From NCBI GenBank assembly GCA_963833125.1, contig CAWHWX010000001.1:256001-320000 (forward strand): a stretch of 64,000 bases of DNA. Direction: 5' to 3'. The notes below the pieces were generated by a model. It was not told the DNA's origin and ran no database searches. It worked only from the letters and a program-made list of their open reading frames with translations. The position numbers and the translations under genes are program-made. The stretch comes from Candidatus Bathyarchaeota archaeon. Lineage in GTDB: Archaea; Thermoproteota; Bathyarchaeia; 40CM-2-53-6. This document shows, in pieces, positions 30,534 through 40,911 of this stretch (position 1 is the first letter of the stretch; the number at the start of each line of letters is the position of its first letter).

Positions 30534-31400
30534 ATGATGCCTCAATCACTCACCATCGGTGTAATTCAATTCAATCCAAGATGGGGAAATGTGGACTACA
30601 ACCTAACTGCCACATCTGAGTTGCTTACCTCCGCTTCTAAGCAACAATGTGACATCGTGGTCCTACCCGAGATGTGGCCAACGGGGATGTATGGGGACCT
30701 TGACTTTCATAAGTTCAAACAACCTATACCAGGCCCTTTTACCGAGTTTCTATCAAGGCGCGCCAGGGAGCATTCTATGTTTATCGTAGCAGGCATGCCC
30801 GAACTCGGTAGCAACAATCAGCTCCATAACACATCGATAATGATCAGCAGTGACGGAACAATCCTTGCAAAACACCGGAAGGTTCAGGTCTACACCTTCT
30901 TGGGGGAGGAAAGAGTCTGGACGCCAGGGAATAACTACACCGTTGTGGACACTAAGTTTGGAAGAGTAGGATTACTTGTGTGTTATGACGGAGATTTTCC
31001 AGAATCTTGGCGAATTAATGCGTTGATGGGTGCGGATATTGTCTTCCACGTATCTGCCTACGAATCGCCATGCGAGAATTGGTGGGACAAATTCTACCCG
31101 GCTGCGGCTCTTCAGAACATTGTGTGGGCTGTACTGTGCAATACAGTGGGTGACACGGTCTTGGAGGGAAAGCCGTTGCATCTGTTTGGTCGCAGTCGAA
31201 TAATAGCTCCGGATGGCGACATCGAAGCAGAGGCACCATACGTTCCACCTGGAGGAAAATGTGAGTCATTTCTCTTGGTGAAGAAAGTTGACGCCAAACG
31301 CCGGTTGGAAAATGCTCGTAGCAAGTTCGGCAATTTCATTCGAGATCGAAGACCGGAGATGTACGGTCGACTCGTGGAGCGCATCATTAGTTACGACTGA
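30534..31400 (+). CDS. Carbon-nitrogen hydrolase (paralog of 29585-30441)
   Basis: LPEMW, KHRKVQ, VCYDGDFPE; long near-identical stretches shared with the neighbour. Confidence 0.9.
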   Translation: MMPQSLTIGVIQFNPRWGNVDYNLTATSELLTSASKQQCDIVVLPEMWPTGMYGDLDFHKFKQPIPGPFTEFLSRRAREHSMFIVAGMPELGSNNQLHNTSIMISSDGTILAKHRKVQVYTFLGEERVWTPGNNYTVVDTKFGRVGLLVCYDGDFPESWRINALMGADIVFHVSAYESPCENWWDKFYPAAALQNIVWAVLCNTVGDTVLEGKPLHLFGRSRIIAPDGDIEAEAPYVPPGGKCESFLLVKKVDAKRRLENARSKFGNFIRDRRPEMYGRLVERIISYD

Positions 31401-31586
31401 CCTACTACACCGCGAAAAGTTGCGACAAGGAAGCCCGCGGATCGGACCGTCCATATAAGATCGTTATGGGTGACGTGCGAGTATTGCCCCCGTTAGTTGC
31501 AACGATGGCTAATGGTTCTTGCCCATTGCTACGAGAAGTGATATATACCAAAGTTAAGCTAGGACTAGCTCTAGAGGACTTTCGAC

Positions 31587-33221
31587 TTGAGTGGAACCCG
31601 TGCCCACGTCTTCGTCCGAGAAGCGACGGGCCTAGTCAGAGAGATCTCCCCCTATCAGCTAATGTTCTTCAACTTCCTAACTGCGCCAATCGTTACGACG
31701 ATCATGTGGTCCCTGAATTGGGATCCAAACATGTTTCCGGGATTTGACTGGAACACTGGACTCTTGATAATTGCGCTTCTTGCTATTCCAATGTACCTAA
31801 CCTACTCGATCGTGTACACGGCATTTCCGAAGACCGGTACGGATTACGTCTTCCAGAGCCGGGTTCTTAATCCTGGATTAGGGTTTGCTGCAACGTTTGC
31901 TGCATGGGTCTTCTTCCAATTCTGGTATATTTCTCTTAACGGCATAGCAATCGTCGAAATGTTTCTCATGCCATGGTTGTTCGAGGTAGCCCAGGTTACT
32001 AACAATACTGGATACGCGGCGATGGCGACGACGTTGGTCCAGCCGAATTCATTAGCGATACTCAGCTTTGTGACGGTGATTGTTGCCGGGTTAATAGTGA
32101 TGGGCGGAATTCGCATTTACCTTAAAGTGCAGACTGTCTTGTTCATCTTCGCGGTCGCCGCGGACATAGCGCTGTTGGCGCTAATGGCTATCACGACCAA
32201 TGCAGCCTTCACGAGCAATCTGAACTCTAGCCTCTCGAGCGCTATCGGTTCAGCCGATGTCTACAACAAAATAATTAGCACTGCCCAAAGCGCCGGGTAC
32301 ACACTTTCACCTCCAGTGACTCTGTTCGCTAGTATAGGAGGCATGATTACGCCATGGACGTTTGCGTTGGAATGGACTCTATTCGGAAACCTGGGGCTGT
32401 GTGGGGAGATGAAGACAGCAAATCAACTTCGTACGCAAATATTCACAATGCTCGGTGCGCTTGCCTTAGTGGTGCTGGGGTTGTTCGCCGCGTACAACCT
32501 CTTCATAACGATGACCGGTCAGACCTTTTGGTATGCTGCATCAACTCTCGCATGGAACTCTGCTCCCCTCTTCGGTAACTTACCAAGCATATTTTACTCT
32601 CAACCGGCATCCTTCATTCTGCTTTACGGAACAAACAACCTCGCCTTGGGGACAGTGTGGGCGGTCGGCGGTGCTATTGCGATATTCGCTACGAACTTCA
32701 CCATTTACATGCTCGTCTCTAGGATGCTGTTCGCTCAAACGTTCGATGGTCTATTTCCAGCCAAGCTAGTCCACATAACCGAGAAGACCCGGACCCCAGT
32801 CTACATTATGGTCATAATGATCATAGCGGCCTGTGCCTGGACGTACGGCGTCTTGTTTTATGGTTCGACATTCTCCACCTACATGGCGTCAACACAGTTC
32901 ATAATCTCACTCGCCATGATACTTACCATGATCGCCGCGGTAGTGTTTCCGCTCAAAATGAAAACCCATTTCGATCAAACTCCCGCACGTAAGTACCGGA
33001 TGGTAACGATTCCATTGGCAATAATCGGCATTCTCGTCAACCTTCTCATAATGTACTATCTGGTCACTGTTCCAGCCCTACTGGCCGTGACGCCTCAGTC
33101 GGAAGGATTAATGATAGGGATCATGGTGGCAGGGCTTGCCTACTATTATGCAGTTTACGCTTACCGGAGGAGTACGGGAATCAACATAAGCCAAGCCTTC
33201 AAAGAAATTCCGCCAGATTAA
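31587..33221 (+). CDS. APC family amino-acid permease (close paralog of 20421-22049)
   Basis: Shares REISPYQL.FFNFLTAPIV, TDYVFQSRVL, ASIGGMITPWTFAL and FKEIPPD. Confidence 0.9.
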   Translation: MSGTRAHVFVREATGLVREISPYQLMFFNFLTAPIVTTIMWSLNWDPNMFPGFDWNTGLLIIALLAIPMYLTYSIVYTAFPKTGTDYVFQSRVLNPGLGFAATFAAWVFFQFWYISLNGIAIVEMFLMPWLFEVAQVTNNTGYAAMATTLVQPNSLAILSFVTVIVAGLIVMGGIRIYLKVQTVLFIFAVAADIALLALMAITTNAAFTSNLNSSLSSAIGSADVYNKIISTAQSAGYTLSPPVTLFASIGGMITPWTFALEWTLFGNLGLCGEMKTANQLRTQIFTMLGALALVVLGLFAAYNLFITMTGQTFWYAASTLAWNSAPLFGNLPSIFYSQPASFILLYGTNNLALGTVWAVGGAIAIFATNFTIYMLVSRMLFAQTFDGLFPAKLVHITEKTRTPVYIMVIMIIAACAWTYGVLFYGSTFSTYMASTQFIISLAMILTMIAAVVFPLKMKTHFDQTPARKYRMVTIPLAIIGILVNLLIMYYLVTVPALLAVTPQSEGLMIGIMVAGLAYYYAVYAYRRSTGINISQAFKEIPPD

Positions 33222-33297
33222 CCCAAAATCGAACAAGGTAAAACTACCGTACCTAAGCCATCAGCCGACGTAAGAACCGACTCTAACAGGGAAGAGC

Positions 33298-33733
33298 ATG
33301 GGCAAAGTCTACATTACCAAGATGGAAGATGCGTTCGAATACAAGGATTGGGGCGGTTGCATCAAGTTCCTTCTAATGCCCCAGTTCCCCATTGAAGAAC
33401 GTCTCCTTGGAGATCGGGATATTCAAACCCGGGGAAGACTTGAAACCCCATACTCACCTTGAGTCGGATGAGATTTACTATATCATCAAAGGGGAAGCTC
33501 ATTTGAGAGTTGGGAAGGAGGAGCTAACCCTCGCCGAGGGAACGGCTGCCATAGTACCTTCTGGAGAGGAGCACTATCCAAAGAACGACGGCAAGGAGAC
33601 CTTAGAGATAGCATTCATCACATCACCACCAGAAAAATGGTGGTTGCTTGAGAGACTTGAGAAGCTGGAAAAACAAAGATGCTCGAGTCACAAAAGTCGT
33701 AACGCACAGACCCTGCTCAAGCTCAGACCATAA
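33298..33733 (+). CDS. Cupin-domain protein (frameshift in the C-run near 33380)
   Basis: PHTH..DEIYYIIKG...VPSGEEH cupin metal motifs; ATG at 33298 in a shifted frame. Confidence 0.85.
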
Positions 33734-33819
33734 TACGAGCAACCGGTTAGCCCAGGTTGCCTACGATCCAAACGACAGTGAGCTCTTAACGACCCTCGTT
33801 AGTCGAGTTTGTGACCTGA

Positions 33820-35061
33820 CTAGCTTGTGGTGAGTAGCCGCAGCAACGTGTTCAGCAGTACGTTTGCTCCGGCTTCGAGATGCTGATTAGATGTCCATTC
33901 AGTGGGTACATGACTTACCCCTCTCAAACTCGGCACGAAGATCATGCCGGCCTCAGTTATGCGTGCCATATTCTGGCAGTCATGCCCTGCCCCGCTCAGC
34001 ATCCGCTTCTGTCTTAGTCCAAGTGACTGAGCCGATTCTTCGATTGTCCTCACAATCCTAGTGGACATTCGGGCAGGTCTGATGAAGTTGCTCCTTTCTA
34101 TTCGGACCTTCAGATCCTCTTGATTCCCGACTCGTTTCGTTAGATGAATGAGATCGTCGCAAAGTTCACGGAGACCATGGATTGTTGGATGCCTGAAATC
34201 AATTGTGAGTGTGGCTCTTTCCGGCACGACATTGGAGGCGTTCGGCGAAACAACTAGGGAGCCCACCGTAGCAACGGAATCTCGCATTTGGGAAGCGATT
34301 TTGTTCACGCCGGTTATGATGCGGGACGCGCCCACAAGCGCGTCATGTCGACCTCTCATCGGGGTTGTGCCCGCGTGGCCGGCGATTCCTCCAATCTCCA
34401 CTTTGAGGTCCCCCAGTCCAACAATCGCCGTAACCACGCCAATCGGAACTTTTTCGCGTTCCAGTACGGGCCCTTGCTCGATGTGAAGTTCAACGTAAGC
34501 CTTGATGCGATTTTTGTGCGTGTACGTATGCGACGAAGTGAGATGGTTAAAGCCTGCGTCCATTAGTGCTCTTTTGAATGTGACGCCATTTCTATCTCTC
34601 AGTCCATATGCATCCTCCGGGCGGATCGCGCCTATGAATCCTAGACTACCTATGAACCCCGGAAATCTAGCACCCTCTTCCTCGGTGAAGACAACGACTT
34701 CTAATGGATTCTTGATCCGAACCCTCTGTTCGAGGATGGTCCGAGCTGCTTCAATACCTGAAAGTAACCCATAAGCCCCGTCGAGAGGTCCGCCATTCGG
34801 AACGGTATCAATGTGGGAGCCACACATAACCGTCGGAGCTTCCTCAGACATACCTCTCATGTGCCCCACTATGTTTCCGAACCGGTCAACACGAACCGAA
34901 AATCCAGAATCTGTCATCAGGCTCGAAACATATTCGCGGCCTTCGAGGTCAGCTGGGGTAAAGGTGAATCTCGATATTCCGCCGTCAGGTTGTCGTCCAA
35001 TCCCCGAAAGCTCGTGAATAGTCTTCCTTAGGCGGGGAGCATTGATCTTGTATGGGGGCAT
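33820..35061 (-). CDS. N-carbamoyl-amino-acid/allantoate amidohydrolase (M20; HyuC/PydC/AllC-like)
   Basis: GSHIDTVPNGG..DGAYG, EEEGARF, ELHIEQGPVLE, GHAGTTPM, SGAGHD. Confidence 0.92.
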   Translation of the reverse strand: MPPYKINAPRLRKTIHELSGIGRQPDGGISRFTFTPADLEGREYVSSLMTDSGFSVRVDRFGNIVGHMRGMSEEAPTVMCGSHIDTVPNGGPLDGAYGLLSGIEAARTILEQRVRIKNPLEVVVFTEEEGARFPGFIGSLGFIGAIRPEDAYGLRDRNGVTFKRALMDAGFNHLTSSHTYTHKNRIKAYVELHIEQGPVLEREKVPIGVVTAIVGLGDLKVEIGGIAGHAGTTPMRGRHDALVGASRIITGVNKIASQMRDSVATVGSLVVSPNASNVVPERATLTIDFRHPTIHGLRELCDDLIHLTKRVGNQEDLKVRIERSNFIRPARMSTRIVRTIEESAQSLGLRQKRMLSGAGHDCQNMARITEAGMIFVPSLRGVSHVPTEWTSNQHLEAGANVLLNTLLRLLTTS

Positions 35062-35184
35062 GATCTCATTCTACCAGCGAGCGACTCTGAGGAAAACATT
35101 CGCGGTTGATTCAAGTCCAATTTGTTCCGACTTACGAAGGTTACTCGATAAATGTTAAATATTGCCCATCGCGGCTGACCTTAC

Positions 35185-35310
35185 ATGTTTCTAACGCAGC
35201 AAGAAGAGCTCATCCTCGGAGGCAACAATGGAGAGGGGCTCAGAAAGCGATTGAGCTACTTGTGGCGATTGGGGAGGCTTTCGATGCCCCAAGGATGATT
35301 CGACAGTGTA
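35185..35310 (+). pseudogene. N-terminal remnant of an aconitase X (AcnX/DUF521) large subunit
   Basis: MFLTQQEELILGGNNGEGLRK then, after a frameshift, AIELLVAIGEAFDAPRMI matches the AcnX N-terminal pattern; homology stops after about 40 codons. Confidence 0.6.
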
Positions 35311-35458
35311 ACTTGGCACGCAATTTGCAATCAACGATAATGTGAGGCTGAATCTACGACTCGAGAGATCAATATTAGCGCAGGTTTTTCAGGTTGAAAT
35401 TGTCCTCGTAAAGATCACAGAGACTTATGGTGACCTTCGGTTGGATGCAAACGGTGTC

Positions 35459-35689
35459 ATGTTCAGGAAGCAACTTCTCTCCCTTCTACTTGCCTTAGCA
35501 TCAATTGCTGGATCACTCTTTGCAATCTTTATTTTCTTATCCACAATGAGTTTCGGTGCGACTTTAGGCGCGGTTTTGTTCTTGGTTGTTGCTGCGCTTC
35601 TCTTAGCTGGTTATATGATGGGGTTCATGGCGGTTGCGTTTCTAGCAATCTTGTTTCTCACGATTTACTGGTCACAGCGTAGCAAATAG
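35459..35689 (+). CDS. Small hydrophobic membrane protein
   Basis: 76 aa, almost entirely TM-like. Confidence 0.5.
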   Translation: MFRKQLLSLLLALASIAGSLFAIFIFLSTMSFGATLGAVLFLVVAALLLAGYMMGFMAVAFLAILFLTIYWSQRSK

Positions 35690-35766
35690 GCCGCGGCGGT
35701 GCTGGGCGGAGGGGAGTGTTCAAATACCCTCGTATTCGTTCTACGATCGTATCTGTCAGGCTGTGC

Positions 35767-36981
35767 ATGATAATGCCGGATGGTTGGTCTCCTCCAAAAA
35801 GCGCGAAGATTTGGGGTCACCTCTTCAACGAGGTGGTACGTGCCAACCACTGTATGATGTGTGCCGCCTGCGTCGCCTCATGCCCAATCAACGTGCTAAA
35901 CGTAAACGTGAACGAGGAGCCAGTCATTAAGGGACCGTGCGCTGCGTGCCAAGTATGTTACTATAGTTGCCCCCGCCTTGAGTTACCGATCGATGAAATA
36001 GAATACTACCTATTTGGAAGAACCCGAAAACCCGAAGAAGAATCATTAGGCATCTACAGGAGCGTCTACTCTGCACGAGCCTTGGAAGAAGAGATCTGGC
36101 ATGCAGGCCAAGACGGCGGAACAACGATAGCGCTCATGACGCATGCGCTGCAAATCGGGTTGATTAACTGCTTTGCAACTTCGGACTTCACAAAATCAAA
36201 TTCAGTATTCGTTCTCGGAAGCGGAATGACACTAAAGACGGTCCCCGTCTTAGGTGATACAGCGGCTGACGTAATCCGCACCGCGGGTTCAAAATATACG
36301 CACGGCGGAGTTCTCGGAGTACTTTCGGACGCAGCCGCATCCTATCCGGATGGCAGGGTTGGCTTGGTGGCTCTGCCCTGCGAGTTACAAGGACTTTGGC
36401 GAATGTACACCTCCCTACAAGCCACAGTAAAATTCGGAGGTTCATGGATCAGAGGAGGACGCCCAGTGCTAACGATCGGCCTATTCTGCTCTAAAGTTTA
36501 CACCCACGACCAGTTAGTGACCGAATTCATTCAGAAGAAACACGGGATCGATCCAGCAAAGATTACGCGGACGGTAATCAAGCGTAACCGGTTCAAGGTG
36601 TACGTTGGCGCCGATTGCGTTCTCGATGTTGCGACGAAAGAGCTTGAGCCATACATGAGCCACCCATGCAAATACTGCATCGACTACGTGGCCGAGCTTG
36701 CCGACATTTCTATCGGCGCAGTTGGTTCCCCCGACGGGTGGACTACTGTGATTATTCGCTCCGAACTTGGACAGAAACTATTCGACAGCGCCGTTAAGTC
36801 AAGGGCGATCGAAGCTGTTCCAATAGAGACCGTCAAGCCTGGGCTCCCGTTCGTCGTCAAGTTATGCAACAAGAAGAAACGTGACAGGAATGCGTATTAC
36901 ATTAGGCGTGGGTTGCGAGAGGGATTCCTAGAGCAACGTAGAAACGAACTATTGCAGATCGCTCCAGCCCCAGAAGCGTAA
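35767..36981 (+). CDS. FrhB/FdhB/FpoF-family coenzyme F420-interacting Fe-S flavoprotein with N-terminal ferredoxin
   Basis: CMMCAACVASCP, CAACQVCYYSCP, GQDGG, GSKY, LPCE, GLFC, CKYCID, DISIG. Confidence 0.9.
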   Translation: MIMPDGWSPPKSAKIWGHLFNEVVRANHCMMCAACVASCPINVLNVNVNEEPVIKGPCAACQVCYYSCPRLELPIDEIEYYLFGRTRKPEEESLGIYRSVYSARALEEEIWHAGQDGGTTIALMTHALQIGLINCFATSDFTKSNSVFVLGSGMTLKTVPVLGDTAADVIRTAGSKYTHGGVLGVLSDAAASYPDGRVGLVALPCELQGLWRMYTSLQATVKFGGSWIRGGRPVLTIGLFCSKVYTHDQLVTEFIQKKHGIDPAKITRTVIKRNRFKVYVGADCVLDVATKELEPYMSHPCKYCIDYVAELADISIGAVGSPDGWTTVIIRSELGQKLFDSAVKSRAIEAVPIETVKPGLPFVVKLCNKKKRDRNAYYIRRGLREGFLEQRRNELLQIAPAPEA

Positions 36982-37146
36982 CGGTACAGTAACTGCGAAT
37001 CTTTCAACTGAAAACCCTGAAGCCCATGTTCCTTTGACAAGATATTCGTAGGTTTGAACCTGTGCGGTCAATGATGTCCCTTTACCTGTTCACTATAGTT
37101 GTTTGGAGAGCTGTTCTTAAGAGATTAGATAGGCGATCTGATGTAT

Positions 37147-37803
37147 TCAAGTCAGTTTTGCGTTGACCTGCGCCACTAACTCTGCCGTTCCTGCTTCCTT
37201 ACAGAGTTCCGGAGGTAACCCTGAGGTGCATAGGAGTGCGGATATTATGTTGGCTTCGTCGTCAATCGTCTTCCTAATTTCGGATTCAACTTTCTTGAGT
37301 TCAGTTTCGGTTTGCCGGAATGTGTGGCCTATGAATATTTTGGGTGTGAATCCCGAACCAATTTGAGCGAACCTTCCAGCAATTAGTAAGAACGGGATCT
37401 CCTTCTTCGGGTTGAATTTGCGCAGTAGTTTTTCCTCTGTCTTCAGGAGTTTTTGCAGGGGCTTGAATTCTCGGTCCTTGATCTCGCGGGCGACAAATTC
37501 GATGTGGGGGCTTGTGTAAGTAGCCTTTGTGAAATCGTAGGTGGGAAGATTTAGGAACGGCTCATCTCTGGCGGCACTGATGGTTTGTTTAAGGCCGTCC
37601 CATTGTCCAAATTTTTGGAGGCTCCTGACGATGGCCCACCGTTCAGCGGCGCAGTAAGGGCAGTATTCAGCTCCCATGAAGAAGACGAACAGCTTGCCCC
37701 CTCGTCGCATGGTATCTTTTGAGACCTCGACAAATTTGCCGAGGACTTTGGGCTGTTTGCTCATCTCTTTGGAGCGCCGCCACGGCATACGATGGGTCAT
37801 CAT
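37147..37803 (-). CDS. DUF929 thioredoxin-like protein
   Basis: GAEYCPYCAAERW..V..L.KFG motif, IPFL. Confidence 0.8.
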   Translation of the reverse strand: MMTHRMPWRRSKEMSKQPKVLGKFVEVSKDTMRRGGKLFVFFMGAEYCPYCAAERWAIVRSLQKFGQWDGLKQTISAARDEPFLNLPTYDFTKATYTSPHIEFVAREIKDREFKPLQKLLKTEEKLLRKFNPKKEIPFLLIAGRFAQIGSGFTPKIFIGHTFRQTETELKKVESEIRKTIDDEANIISALLCTSGLPPELCKEAGTAELVAQVNAKLT

Positions 37804-38118
37804 TTATCCCTACCTGTAGGCCTCGACAAAAACAAGCTAACTTTCACAGTACAAGAAGCTTTGCAAACCAGAAACGTGCATGACCTTAGGAGCCAAGATG
37901 AGGGTAGCGATTACTGAAAACTCGGACAGGCTAAGGCTGATAGAGAGAATACCACCAAAGTCCACCTCCAAACGCTTAACCCGGATTGTGGGTTTCTCAG
38001 TAGTAGAAATTTAGAGAGTTCTCCTACTAACGGGAATCGATAATCGTCTTAATTTCGCGATACTCGACAAGAGGTCTTTTAAACGGAGCTCTAGGAGCAG
38101 GTATGTGGTTGAATTAGG

Positions 38119-38565
38119 ATGGCAAACTTACCTCGCGAAGAGGACACTCTCGGACATGTGATGACAAGCCCAGTTAGAACGATGGAGTCGAACGGAACTG
38201 TAGCCGCTGCTGCAAAAATTATGGTTGAACACGATTTTGGATCAATCGTTGTCGTCGAAGGAAAGAAGCCTGTCGGCATCATAACGGAACGAGACATAAC
38301 GAAACAGGTGATCGGAGGGGAAGGGGTACTGAATGAGACTGTGAAGAACGTAATGACAAAGGGGCTTGTGACCGCACCGCCGAATATGCCCGTTCAGGAG
38401 GCGTTCGAGCTGATGTTGATGAACAAGGTACGCCGCCTCCCAATAGTCGAGAACAACAACATTGTAGGCATCGTGACGGTGAAAGACCTTATGCGATGGG
38501 TCCTACGAGTCTCCTATGAACCTAACATTCCAAAACACATCAAAATGATTCTAGAAGCACCGTAA
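38119..38565 (+). CDS. CBS-domain pair protein (paralog of 5387-5923)
   Basis: VGIITERD, RRLP, shared RWVLRV.YEP tail; TTTTAAA box at about 38077. Confidence 0.9.
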   Translation: MANLPREEDTLGHVMTSPVRTMESNGTVAAAAKIMVEHDFGSIVVVEGKKPVGIITERDITKQVIGGEGVLNETVKNVMTKGLVTAPPNMPVQEAFELMLMNKVRRLPIVENNNIVGIVTVKDLMRWVLRVSYEPNIPKHIKMILEAP

Positions 38566-38630
38566 AACAACCCAGCCGCTGACACACCGGGTCTTCTACG
38601 CAGGGTTTTGTCCTCGAGGAGGAGCAATCA

Positions 38631-39776
38631 TTGAGAGTGGCAGTTTTCGGCTCCGGTCTCATGGGTTCGACTATAGCTCGTGACCTGGCAAGGTCAAAAC
38701 GTGTTGATGAAGTAACGGTTTACGACGTTGACCGCAATCGGCTGCGTGATTTGGCCGATAGGGATCATTCAGCGAAACTTTCAATTAAGATTCATGATGT
38801 CCGAAAGAAGGCTAAAACTGCAAAGTTACTGAAAAGATTCGACGTCGGTGTGGGGGCTTTACCTCACGGGTTAAGTGAGTACGCAATTTCAGCAACGATC
38901 ACGGCGGGCGTTGATTTTGTTGACCTTATTTTTGGTTGGCGATTCGGTCAACGGGAGATACATTCAGCGGCGAAGAGAAAAGGGATAACGATCATTCCCG
39001 CGTGCGGTTTAGCCCCAGGTCTAACAAACATTCTTGCTATGGATGCAGCCGAACGAATGAGTAGGGTCGATGAGGTCCACATTAAGGTAGGCGGCATCCC
39101 AGAAAAACCAAAACCACCCTTAAACTATCGAATAGTATTCTCCTTCGAGGCAGTCCTTGAAGAATACCTTCGGAAAGCCCGCATCATAAAGAAAGGAAAA
39201 ATCACTGATGTCCCAGCGCTCTCCGGCCTTGAGACCATATCATTCCACGCACCAATTGGCAGGTGCGAATGCTTCTACACCGACGGCCTCTCAACCCTCG
39301 TTCAAACGCTTAGGAAAGTGCGTGAGATGGATGAGAAGACAATCCGTTGGCCTGGCCATGCAGAGCAGATAAGAACTCTCATAGAGTGCGGCCTACTCGA
39401 AACTAAACCCATGCTCTTTCAGGGACAACCCATCGCTCCCAGAAAATTCGTCTCTACCCTGTTGTCTGACAAGTTGAGTCTGGGAAGGGAGAAAGACCTA
39501 ACGCTCCTCAGAGTTGACGTATCTGGGAAGACCGATGGGGGGCTAGTCCACCGCCGATATGAAATGATAGATCATTATGACACAAGGCAGGCAACGACCT
39601 CCATGGCCAGAACCACCGCCTTTCCATGCTCGATAGCCGCACAACTACTAGCATCAGGAGAAATAGCCCAGAAAGGTTTGGTCCCACCCGAACTTGCGTT
39701 CAAACAGGACCTGCGGCCTGAATTCTTAGATTATCTGGCAAACAGAGGCATGGAGATCACATCAAAATCCATTTGA
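38631..39776 (+). CDS. Saccharopine dehydrogenase/lysine 6-dehydrogenase family
   Basis: VFGSGLMG, CGLAPG, VGGIP..PPLNY, TDGL, EKTIRWPGH, MARTT. Confidence 0.88.
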   Translation: MRVAVFGSGLMGSTIARDLARSKRVDEVTVYDVDRNRLRDLADRDHSAKLSIKIHDVRKKAKTAKLLKRFDVGVGALPHGLSEYAISATITAGVDFVDLIFGWRFGQREIHSAAKRKGITIIPACGLAPGLTNILAMDAAERMSRVDEVHIKVGGIPEKPKPPLNYRIVFSFEAVLEEYLRKARIIKKGKITDVPALSGLETISFHAPIGRCECFYTDGLSTLVQTLRKVREMDEKTIRWPGHAEQIRTLIECGLLETKPMLFQGQPIAPRKFVSTLLSDKLSLGREKDLTLLRVDVSGKTDGGLVHRRYEMIDHYDTRQATTSMARTTAFPCSIAAQLLASGEIAQKGLVPPELAFKQDLRPEFLDYLANRGMEITSKSI

Positions 39777-39922
39777 AAGAGGTAAGAAATCAGTTCTGCG
39801 CTCTTTGAAACGGTCACTCTAACGTTACGAGTTCATAATCAGTTGTGGGAACCGTTAGTCCTGCTTATATCAAAAATTCGTCCCTCAGACCTTAGAGGAT
39901 TTTCTCGGGAGCGCGATTACCG

Positions 39923-40777
39923 ATGGTTCATCTTCAAGCCCCATCACGGTTAGACACTATCCGCGATGTTATGACCAGATGGGTCATTACGGTCTCCCCA
40001 TCGGATTCGTTGCTGAAAGCACGGGACGTGATGACCCAAAATCGGACATCTCAACTCGTTGTCGTTGATCAAAACAACCGGCCCATAGGCTCAGTTTCAA
40101 AACGCGACGTTGCGAGATTCCTACTCGACGATGTTACGACTCGCGACCTAGGGCAGATAACGGTCTCCGAGGCCTCACCAAAGCCCGTTTCCACTATAGG
40201 AGCCGATGTGAGCGTGCTCGATGCAGCACGCATGTTCGACGAGAACGACCTGGTATACGCAGTAGTAACAAATGATGATCCACTATCCGGAATCATAACA
40301 GAAACTGATCTTTGCCATTACTTTTCACAGAAATGGCCTGGGAAATTCAAGGTGGGCGATTTCATGACTACTGACTTTATGTTCGCCAAGAGCAACTACC
40401 CGGTCGTTCACGTGGCAAATGGAATCATCTTCCGACAACCGAGCGTTCCAGTCATCGACGAAGACCTTGTCGGTATACTAACACTCTCAGACTTGCTCTC
40501 GATTGGCGAAAAGATACCCGCACCGAAGAGCGCAGGAGTGCATGTAAACGGCAAAGCCGAGCTTGCTTTAATCACAACCAAGGACTTGATGACCCTTAAC
40601 CCAATTACAACTAGTGAGGGAACTGATCTCGCGCAAGCCGCTCAGATAATAATCAAGAAAAGCATAAGCAGCCTACCTGTAGTCGATATAGAATCCAAAG
40701 TTGTCGGCCTCATCACCAAACGCGATATCGTCAAAGCCCTTGGACAGATCGATAGAAAACTGATCCTGGAAGCATAG
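39923..40777 (+). CDS. Four-CBS-domain protein
   Basis: Four CBS repeats (SKRD, IITETD, LTLSD, ITKRD). Confidence 0.88.
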   Translation: MVHLQAPSRLDTIRDVMTRWVITVSPSDSLLKARDVMTQNRTSQLVVVDQNNRPIGSVSKRDVARFLLDDVTTRDLGQITVSEASPKPVSTIGADVSVLDAARMFDENDLVYAVVTNDDPLSGIITETDLCHYFSQKWPGKFKVGDFMTTDFMFAKSNYPVVHVANGIIFRQPSVPVIDEDLVGILTLSDLLSIGEKIPAPKSAGVHVNGKAELALITTKDLMTLNPITTSEGTDLAQAAQIIIKKSISSLPVVDIESKVVGLITKRDIVKALGQIDRKLILEA

Positions 40778-40911
40778 CCACTTCCCACACAATACGAATC
40801 GAGGGATTTGACTGTGCTGTACGAGATTGCGAAATCATGAGAGGGATTTGCTGAACAATCTCAATTAGGTACTATAGCCTAAATTAACTAACGCAAAGAG
40901 CCTTTGCGCGT

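Noticed and set aside
40801-40885. GAGGGATTTG direct repeat and AATTAGG/CCTAAATT imperfect inverted repeat upstream of lysE
   Set aside because: Short and seen only here; cannot be distinguished from chance
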